This document shows, one piece after another, positions 1-8,706 of a stretch of 40,726 nt of DNA. The DNA lies in NCBI RefSeq assembly GCF_000142905.1, contig NW_013657672.1, positions 518,753 to 559,478 on the forward strand. The letters are read 5' to 3'. Below the pieces are notes generated by a model. The model was not told the origin of the DNA and did not search any database. It saw nothing but the letters and a program-made list of their open reading frames with translations. This stretch comes from Thecamonas trahens ATCC 50062. Lineage: Eukaryota; Protista; Apusomonadida. The position numbers and the translations under genes were made by a program. How positions within the stretch are numbered: the stretch's first letter is position 1; every line of letters starts with the position of its first letter.

Positions 1-173
1 GGGGGGGGGGGTACAGTGGACTTACTTGTGTGGACTTGGTTGGGGGGGGGGGGGGGGGTGGGGCTTGTGGCTTGTGGCTTGCTGGTGGCTGGTGACTGGT
101 GGCCTGGTGACTGGTGGCTGGCGGCTGGCTGGCTTGCGATGGGCGATGGACGCGGACATGGGAGGGGGGGCAG

Positions 174-1156
174 AAGGTGGAGATCCTCGGGCGTTTCTGA
201 CGGAGGAGGTCAAGGATGCTGCTGGGAGGGTGGATTTTGACATGTTTGCGTACAGCAAGGAGCAGCTGGTGTACGTGGTAGAGTACATGTTCCACTCGCT
301 CGGATTTGTGGACGCGTTTGGCCTCGACGAGGAGGTGATTGTGGCGTTTCTGCACGCGCTTCGCGAGTCGTACAACAATGTGCCGTTCCACAACTTTTAC
401 CACTGCTTCTGTGTGACGCAGATGGCGTACTGCGTTTTCGTGGCCGCGGCGGGCGAGGACGAGAGTGTGTTCCTGAACGTGTTTGAGAAGTTTGTGGTCT
501 TTGTCTCGGCGCTGTGCCACGACGTCGACCATCCGGGCTTCTCCAACTCGTACCAGATCAACGCACAGACACCGCTGGCGATGGTGTACAACGACATGTC
601 GTGCCTCGAGAACCACCACTGCTCACAGGCGTTTGCCCTGTTCAAGCAGCCGGGCTGCAACCTGCTCGCACCGTTCTCGCGCGAGCAGTACAAGGAGCTG
701 CGGCGGCTGATGGTCAAGCTCATCCTCGTCACTGACCTCGCCAACCACTCGGCGGCCAAGGCCAAGTTTGACGCTGCTGTCGCCGACGGTACGCTCGACC
801 TGACGGCTCGTGCCTCGCGCGACATGCTCTGCCAGGTCGTCATCATGGCATGTGACATCTCCAACGAGGTCCGCCCCTTTGCCATCGCCCGTCCCTGGGC
901 CGACCGCATCACCGCCGAGTGGGGCAACCAAGTGGCGGTCGAGAAGGCGCTCGGCCTGCCGTTCCTTCCGTTTATGGACGCCGAGACCGTCGTCGTGCCA
1001 AAGTCGCAAATCGGGTTCATCAACGACATCCTCCATCCCATCTGGACCTCGCTCATGGCCGTCGTCGAGCCAGTCCGCGCCTTTGAGGCCAACATCCTCG
1101 CCAACCGCGAGGCGTATGCTGTCGAGCTGGCCTCGCTCACGCCCGCACAAAAGTAA
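174..1156 (+). CDS. Class I cyclic nucleotide phosphodiesterase, PDE9-like (last exon; gene begins upstream of window)
   Basis: Catalytic motifs HNFYH, HDVDHPG.SN.YQIN, LENHH, CDISNEVRP and SQIGFI closely resemble PDE9A. The upstream G-rich sequence reads as an intron with branch GACTTAC (19-25) and acceptor CAG (171-173). Confidence 0.92.
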
Positions 1157-1244
1157 GGCCTGGCCCTGCCTCTGCCGCTCGTTTGTTTGAGATAAAGCTG
1201 AGTCTGCCTTGCCTGCCTGCACAGACCTTTGTTCACCATCCAGT

Positions 1245-1673
1245 TCACGAGCTCGACGACGAAGCGCCCGAATACTCGTCCGAGGCCGAGTCGTCCGAGT
1301 ATGACGCCGAGGCCGAGTCGTCCGACGCGGAGTCTGAGGCCGAGTCCGAGGCCGAGGCCGAGTCCGAGTCCGACGATGCGTACGACGAGTCGGCGTCGGT
1401 CGACGAGTCGTCAGACGACGTCGAGCCGCGCGAGCGCTTGCCCTTCTTGCCCTTGCCCTTGTCCTTGCCCTTGCCCTTGCCCTTGGAGGCCTTCTTTGCC
1501 CGCTTCTCGGCGTCCTTGCGGTTCTCGTACCCGCGGACCGAGGCCTGGATCTTCTCGGCCGCAGCGTGCTTCTCGGCCTTGGAAACCTTCTTGCCCTTCT
1601 TGCCCTTCTTGCCCTTGGCCTTGTCCTTGCCCTTGGCCTTGTCCTTGCCCTTGCTCATAGCCTTCTTCGCCAT
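1245..1673 (-). CDS. Small Lys-rich IQ-motif (calmodulin-binding) protein with Ser/Asp-rich tail
   Basis: 142-aa ATG ORF. AAAEKIQASVRGYENRK fits IQxxxRGxxxR. It is flanked by KG/KD repeats and followed by an acidic S/D tail, with C/G-ending codon bias like neighbouring genes. Confidence 0.75.
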   Translation of the reverse strand: MAKKAMSKGKDKAKGKDKAKGKKGKKGKKVSKAEKHAAAEKIQASVRGYENRKDAEKRAKKASKGKGKGKDKGKGKKGKRSRGSTSSDDSSTDADSSYASSDSDSASASDSASDSASDDSASASYSDDSASDEYSGASSSSS

Positions 1674-2230
1674 TGCCCTCTACACCCCAATACCCACTCT
1701 CCTTGCAGTAAGACTCCCGCAACCGCCCCCCCTCTCCCTCCCTCACCCCCTTTCATCCCCCCTAACCCGCCACCCACGCTGCGCGCCCACCAACGTCTCC
1801 CTTCCCCCCGAATAACGAAAAGCCGCTCGCAGAGCCCATCCGTTTTTTCAATTACTTGACAGGCAAGGCATCAATCGAGGCAGAGTGGCAATCAAAAACA
1901 TACATTGAATTCGAGTTGGGTGTCTTTAGCCGAGGGCAGTGTGGTCGGGCGGGCGGGCGGGCAGTGTGGGCGGGCGGGCGGCGACAAGGGGCCGCTCACC
2001 ATCTGGTCGACGATTTAACTTTTAGCATTGTGCCAGTGCAGATCAGACCCGAGCTCACGGGCGCCAGGTCAAGCGCGAAAGCAGCCAACGCCACTCGATT
2101 AGTGGCTTCCACGACGAGCTATGACGTCGTCCCACCTGCTCTCTGCATCCGGACGCACGATACAGCGCACGATCACGTAGAAGAGAACAAGTGCGAGATC
2201 GGCGATGAGTGGTCGATATGCAGCTTGCTT

Positions 2231-2280
2231 GGGTTGACGCGGGCTGACGCGGGTTAGCGCGGGTTGGCGCGGGCTGACTC
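2231..2280. repeat. Five tandem 10-bp units (GGGYTRRCGC) in divergent intergenic region
   Basis: [54 protein letters not shown] directly. Confidence 0.85.
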
Positions 2281-2356
2281 TGGCTTCGCGCTTGTTGGCT
2301 CGGGCACGGACCTTGGGGGCTTGGCCAAGGAGTCTAAGGGGTCACTTGACTGTCTG

Positions 2357-2387
<31 letters not shown>

Positions 2388-2413
2388 GACCAAGTCACCA
2401 CATACACACGGCC

Positions 2414-3814
2414 ATGGGCTTCGAAACGTCGTCCCATGCCAAGCACTGGCTGTTTACGGAAGACACTATCCTTCGCATGCGTAAGGAGAGCCATGCCCGC
2501 GGCGTCGCCGGTGTCCTCGCCGCCTATGCAGACCACGCCGAGTTTCTTGGCACTCCGCCTGCGGTATGTGGTGATAGAGGAAGAGAGGAAGATGTGGTGG
2601 TGGTGGTGGTAGCGGTAGTGGTGGTGGTGGTAGCGGTGGTGGTAGCGGTGGTGGTGGTGGTGGTGCCTGTGGCGCGGGTGGCTGCATTGGTGGTGGTGGT
2701 GGTGGTGACGACGATATGATGGGAGCGCACGGACGCACGGGCGCGATGGCGGGCAGAGACTGCAATACCGCGATGCGATGGCGCTATGCGTTGCTGCGAG
2801 GTGCGATACCCCGTGTCCATGCGCTCTCTTGAATTGGAATGCCGCATACTTCCCTTCACCCCCTCTCTCCGTCCAGCCAACTCACATGATGTGATGGATC
2901 GATGCTGTGTGTGTGCGCGCGTGCTTCAACAGGACGATGCGTTTCCGTCGGTGGAGGACGAGACGGTGCTGGTGGACTTTTACGCGCAGCAGATGTGGGT
3001 GCTGTGCAAAAAGGTGGAGCTCCCGCCAAAGGTCTTTGGCTGCGCAGTTATTTTCCTCAAGCGGTTCTACCTCAAGACGTCTGTACTCGAGTATGTGCCC
3101 AAGGAGGTGATGTTGACGGCGCTGGTGCTGGCGGCCAAGTCTGAGGAGGTCCACATTGCGCCTTCGGCCTTTGCTGCCAAGTTCAAGGTCAAGCCCGAGG
3201 CCATCATTGCACTGGAGATCATGATGCTGGAGAAGCTCTCGTTCCACCTCATGGTGTACCAGGTGTGGCACCCGATCGGCGGGTTTGTGGACATGTTTCG
3301 GCGGCTGGATCCCGAGTGCGACTGGCAGACATTGCGCGACGAGGCCATGGAGTGGGCACGCGACGCCATGCTCTCGGACCTTATCCTGCAGTACCCGCCG
3401 TCGCAGCTTGCTCTCGCCGCCACTTGCCTCGCCGCCGACGAGGCCGGCCTCGATGCTGACACCTTTCTTGCCCACCAGTTCCCTGGCCCGGAAAATGACG
3501 CACTGCGCGCCACCATCCGCGAGCTGGAGAACGCCCTCGACACCGCTTCCCAGACCACGCTCGACAAGGCCGCAGCGCGCGCAGCCAACGCCGCACTTGA
3601 CGCCACCCGCAATCCGCTGCTTGATCCCGAGTCGGCGCTCTCCAAACACCTCGCCGAGCGCGCACTCGAGGACAAGGCCACCGCCCAGCTCGCCGAGCTC
3701 GAGCGGGCCAACGCCCGCCGTGCCGCCAAGCAGCGCGAGCTCATGGGCTTTGACGACGGCGGCGCCGGCTCGTCGAGCGACGATGCGCCGGTTGCTATGG
3801 TGGAAGGCAAATGA
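2414..3814 (+). CDS. CCNH: Cyclin H; join(2414..2563,2933..3814)
   Basis: Exon 1 MGFETSSHAKHWLF matches the cyclin H N-terminus (SSQKRHWTF). Cyclin box FLKRFYLKTSVLEY.PK.VMLTAL.LAAK.EE and PPSQLALA are present. Phase-0 intron GTATGT(2564)..CAG(2932) with branch AACTCAC. Confidence 0.93.
2594..2706. repeat. (GTG)n-type microsatellite in cyclin H intron
   Basis: Imperfect GTG/GTA/GCG trinucleotide run. Confidence 0.85.
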
Positions 3815-3843
3815 AGAGGAGGAAGCTTTATGGTGTACCCGTA

Positions 3844-5159
3844 TCAGTCGCGGATGTCGTCGATGCCGTCGAGGCCCTTGTTGACGACCCGGAGCAGGGC
3901 CTTGTTCTCCAGTGCCGCCTGCACGCGCTCCTTGTCATTGAGCTGCTTTGTGATGGCGGCATCCTGAGCGTGGGTACCCGGCGTGACAGCGACCGCGACC
4001 TTGAGCCTACGCGGCAGCGACCGCAACAGCCGGACCCTGATCGTCAGCCCGATGAGCGTCGCCATGGAGCAGTGTGGAATGGTCGGTGTGAACTTAACTT
4101 CTACCGTGTTTCGCTCATCGTCGACCGAGATCAGGCCCGGCTGGACCACATTCAACTGCTCGAGCGTCAGCGGATGCTCTGGATCATTGATGTGCCGGAT
4201 GAGCTCAAACACCTCTTGCGCATCGATAGCCTCCCGAGCCATGTCGTCATCGTCTTGCCATTCGTCGCCCGCCCGCCCAAAGTGAGTCGTAGCCACACCA
4301 CCAGAGCGACACACCAGCAAGCCATCCCTGGGTCATGGTCCTTACCCCCCCCCCCCCCCCCNNNNNNNNNNNNNNNNNNNNNNNNNNNNNNNNNNNNNNN
4401 NNNNNNNNNNNNNNNNNNNNNNNNNNNNNNNNNNNNNNNNNNNNNNNNNNNNNNNNNNNNNNNNNNNNNNNNNNNNNNNNNNNNNNNNNNNNNNNNNNNN
4501 NNNNNNNNNNNNNNNNNNNNNNNNNNNNNNNNNNNNNNNNNNNNNNNNNNNNNNNNNNNNNNNNNNNNNNNNNNNNNNNNNNNNNNNNNNNNNNNNNNNN
4601 NNNNNNNNNNNNNNNNNNNNNNNNNNNNNNNNNNNNNNNNNNNNNNNNNNNNNNNNNNNNNNNNNNNNNNNNNNNNNNNNNNNNNNNNNNNNNNNNNNNN
4701 NNNNNNNNNNNNNNNNNNNNNNNNNNNNNNNNNNNNNNNNNNNNNNNNNNNNNNNNNNNNNNNNNNNNNNNNNNNNNNNNNNNNNNNNNNNNNNNNNNNN
4801 NNNNNNNNNNNNNNNNNNNNNNNNNNNNNNNNNNNNNNNNNNNNNNNNNNNNNNNNNNNNNNNNNNNNNNNNNNNNNNNNNNNNNNNNNNNNNNNNNNNN
4901 NNNNNNNNNNNNNNNNNNNNNAACATATAACTCGAGGCCCGGGAGCCCTGCAGCCTGCACCGCTTCCACCGCTGAGGCCTTCCATCACCACTCCCTCCCA
5001 GACCCCACCGTCCCACTTCCCACCCACCCACACCCACCCACACCCACCCACCCACATATATTAATATATATGTATACATATATACATACCATAGTCGACC
5101 TTGACCTCCCGGTGGGCCGTTGTCGGCATGTACACCGTCGGGTTTGGGTTATCCGCCAT
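3844..5159 (-). CDS. CIAO2B: Cytosolic Fe-S assembly protein CIA2B/MIP18 family; join complement(5159..5090,4253..3844)
   Basis: Motifs [32 protein letters not shown] and [14 protein letters not shown]. Exon 1 [10 protein letters not shown] resembles the family NANPxIY motif. The phase-1 donor GTATGT (5089) matches a phase-1 AAG acceptor after branch GACTCAC. The intron spans the N gap, so an extra exon cannot be excluded. Confidence 0.9.
4362..4921. other. Assembly gap
   Basis: N run after poly-C. Confidence 1.
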
Positions 5160-5342
5160 GGCGTGTGTCGAGTCGAGTGTCAGCCACGGCGAAAGTGACG
5201 GCGGCGACGATGACGGCGGCGAAAGAGAGGGATGGGGTAGGGCGAGGGGGGAGGGGGGGAGGTAGTGTACGCTTTCGTGTTACGGGAAGACAGCCTTCTA
5301 CACCTGTCTGCCACGCCAAGGTCATGGCAAGGAACAGCATGA

Positions 5343-6085
5343 CTACTCCTGCTGGTTCATGACAAAGGCGATGAACTCCTCGACGTCGACCTTGCCGTCG
5401 CCATCAGTGTCGATGTCGGCAATGACCCGCTCGGCGGTGTCCTTGGAGACCGGAGTGCCCATCTTGGTGAGGATCTTCTCCAGCTCGTCGGCGGAGAGGT
5501 AGCCGTCGCCATTCTCGTCAAAGACAGCAAAGGCCAGCCGAAGCTCCTCCACGGGATCGGTGGGCTCGCGGTTTGCCATCATCTCGCAGAACTCATCAAA
5601 GGTGATCTCCCCATCACCATCCAGGTCAAGCTCGTCAAACGCCTGCTGAATCTCAGCCTCGGTCGGGTTGAGCCCCGTCTGGTTGAGCACAGCGCCCAAC
5701 TCGGCCACATCGATGGTGCCCGACCCGTCCTCGTCGTACAGGTTGAACGCCATCTGGTACTTCATCTTCTCCTCCTTCGAGAGCTGCCATCCCATCCACC
5801 ATCCATCATGAGTCTTTGCCCTTCCCCTCCCCACCCTCCCTCTGCCTTGCTTCCCCGCCCCCGTGCCTCGGCTGCGGCCTCCGCATCACCCCACGCGTCT
5901 CCCGCCAAAAGACCTTCCAAATTTTGTTCCGCGCCACCGCGCCAAGGCCACTACCTCCGCTACCTTCCACAAGCCTCTGCCGGGGCACCAACGAAGAAAA
6001 GCTAGCCATAGCATCCCACCTCCTCTCACCCCATCCCATACACACAAGACACCCATACCTTCTTCTTCTTGCCCTTCTTTGCCAT
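5343..6085 (-). CDS. Calmodulin-like four-EF-hand protein; join complement(6085..6059,5783..5343)
   Basis: Four canonical EF loops (DEDGSGTIDVAE, DLDGDGEITFDE, DENGDGYLSADE, DTDGDGKVDVEE). A 27-nt first exon MAKKGKKKK is joined by a phase-0 intron GTATGG..CAG with branch GACTCAT. Confidence 0.9.
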
Positions 6086-6735
6086 GATGTTGTGCACGGG
6101 TGCAGTCGAGTGTGTCGCCCCGCACCCTCACCTTCGCCTTTGCCCAGCCCGAGTTCGTTCGTCCGCGCTGGCACCGCCGTGCCTCCCCTCCCACGCCGGC
6201 TCTGCGACTGACCTGTGTCGCATTCGCTCGCTCACCCGCCCGCCCGCCCGTCCGCTCGCCCGCCTGCCTCGTCTCCGCCACTCGGTCGGCACCGCAACAG
6301 ATTGTGATGGGGAAATCAGGGCACAACTCGCGGGAGTTGGTATAGAGCACTTGGACTCGTGCAGCGGGTTGGGATATGCTGTGCCGAGTTGGCTTGTGAC
6401 CGTATTGGGCTTGGATCGGTCTCGGCACGACATCGGCAGCCCGACGAGGCGGTAGAGCAACAAGATCAGGGACTACGCCTAATCCAGTTACCCTTCTTCC
6501 ATCTCATGCACCGCCCCCATTCCCCATCCCCATCCCCATCCCCATCCCCATCCCATCATCCACCCAACTGCCCACAACTCTACCCAAAACGGCACCAACC
6601 ATTCCCGCAACGGCCACCCCCCCCTCCCCCCCGCTCCACCCGCAACGGCCACCCCCCCCTCCCCCCCCCTCCACACACACACACAAACACACACACACAC
6701 ACATACACGTCCCACCACCCCACTCTCTCCCTTCC

Positions 6736-8654
6736 ATGTCGGGTGCAGGTGTCCGCAGTGGGTCACTCTCCCCGTCTCGCTTGGGCCATCTACAGGCACT
6801 GAGAGAGCGCGAGGCCAGGGCCGGCAGAGTGCCCCGCCCGCGCGGCTCTGGCTTGGGTGGTCTGGGCATGACCTCTCCGTCGCCGACTCGTTCGCCATCA
6901 CAGGCTCGTTCGCCAGCGCATGGCTCGCCGTCGCGGTGGTCGCGTGGCACTGGCTCTCGCTCGCCTGGAGGCCATGGCTACCAGCCACCGCGCGCCTCGT
7001 CGGTCACCGGTCATCATCATCGTCGCTCGCCCGCTGCCGCAAACTCGCCCGCCGCCCTCGCTTCCGGACGCACTCCGGCCTCGCCCAACTCGCCTTCGGC
7101 TCGGCAGCCCCCACGTGCGCGATCCTCGCTCGGCTCGTACTCGTATGCCCAGCGCCCGCCGTCGAACCCGGACATGCGCTATCCGCGGCGGCTGTACGAT
7201 TCGTCCATCGCACGGGCCGACGCACGGGCAGCCGGCGCTCCGCCGTCGCGGACTGCGTCGACACCATCACCTGCGCGGCCTTTGCAAGCTCCGGCCCCGA
7301 CTGAGGACAAGGCAGATGCCGAGCCGCAGCCGCGGCTCCAGTCGCGATCGCCGCCGCAGCGTCGCGGCCTGCCGCCGTCGCGGTCGATGGCCGGCTCCTC
7401 GTCGGGTATGCGGACGCCGCCGAAAAGGCGGCGCCGCTTCTCGACCCGTGGCACGGCTCACCGATCTCGCCACTGACAGGTAAGCCAATGTCATATGCGA
7501 TGGTGTCGCCGGACCGGGGCTCGGGCAAGGCGCTCTCGCCGCACGCGGCCGAGCTCTTCTCGCCGCAGCTGATGAAGACCATCACCGACTCGCTCGAGGC
7601 GGCAGACTCGCCCAAGTCTGCGCAAGAAATCCTGCGATCGGCGTCGCGACTGCTGAACCTCAAGCCGGGCGGTTCGCCGACCGGTTTCTCGCTCCGTGCC
7701 GCGCGCGCCGAGCAAGAGCTCACGTACGACGACGTCGAGGATTCGCGCGAGGCACAGCGGCGCGAGTTGGCGCGCCGACACAAGCTCGAGCTGGAGAAGC
7801 AGATAGAGCTGAAGAAGCTGCGCGACGCGCAGGAGAAGGCGACCCAGATTCTGCTCTCGCCCGAGGAGGCTGACCACCTCGAGCGGATGAAGGCTGAGGA
7901 CGCGACGCGCAAGGCGCGGCTTGCCACGCAGCGCGACGACGCCAAGCGCCGGGCGCTTCAGGCGATGGCGGCCGTGGAGGAGGTCCGCGAGTTTGAGCAC
8001 GACTGGAAGATCAAGGAACACAAGTCGGTCCAGGAGGCTATTGCCGACGCGCAGCAAGCTGAGCGCGACGAGCGCGCCGCTCGGTATAACGCCCGCATGC
8101 GGCTGCAGGCCGAACGCGACGAGCAGCTGCAGCTGGTCCGTGCCGAGCGAGCTCGTCGCGAAAAGGAGGAGGCCGACGCTGCCCAGCGCGAGTACGAGGC
8201 CGCCATCGCGCTCGAGAACGAGCGCCACGCCGCCCGCGAGGCCGCCATCGCCGCCCAAAAGGCAAAGTACGAGGCCAATCTCAAGGCAACGCAGCAGATT
8301 TGGACGGAGAACCAGCAGAAGGAGGATGACCTCGACTCGCGCATTCTGGAGCAGTGGCGGATCAAAGAAGCGGAGCTCGACGCCGAGGCTCAGCGCCGGC
8401 TCGATGCCAAGCGCGCCCGTGAGGCCGAGCAGCGGCGCGTCCTTGCCGAGCAGGTCGCCGCCAAGCGCGCCCGTGAGGAGGCCGAGCGCGCTCGTGATGC
8501 TCAGTTTGCTGCCGAGATGGCCGCCCAGCATGAGCGCGACATGGCTGCCATGGCGGCCGACCGTGCCGCCCATCGCGCCAAGCAACGCGAGCAGGCTCGG
8601 ATTCTTCAGCGGCAGCTCGACGCCAACCACACCCCTTACGGCGCGTTTGTGTGA
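6736..8654 (+). CDS. S/P/R-rich N-terminus plus long charged coiled-coil protein (possibly trichohyalin-plectin-homology/ciliary type); join(6736..7405,7480..8654)
   Basis: Two ORFs are joined in frame by a 74-nt intron GTATGC(7406)..GGCTCAC..CAG(7479). The C-terminal part is an E/R/A/Q-rich helix. The family assignment is tentative. Confidence 0.7.
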
Positions 8655-8706
8655 TAATTTACTCTGCCCTCCATTATTACACACCCGCGCGTTTGCCAGC
8701 GTAGCA

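Noticed and set aside
1183-1815. Plus-strand acidic/LP-repeat ORF
   Set aside because: Non-ATG start and mirror of the minus-strand IQ gene, which has the motif and typical codon usage.
2231-2280. Interstitial telomeric repeat
   Set aside because: Only one GGGTTAG and the period is 10 bp, not 6.
7474-7476. TGA readthrough/selenocysteine linking ORFs 6736 and 7488
   Set aside because: The ORFs are in different frames, and a canonical intron explains the join.
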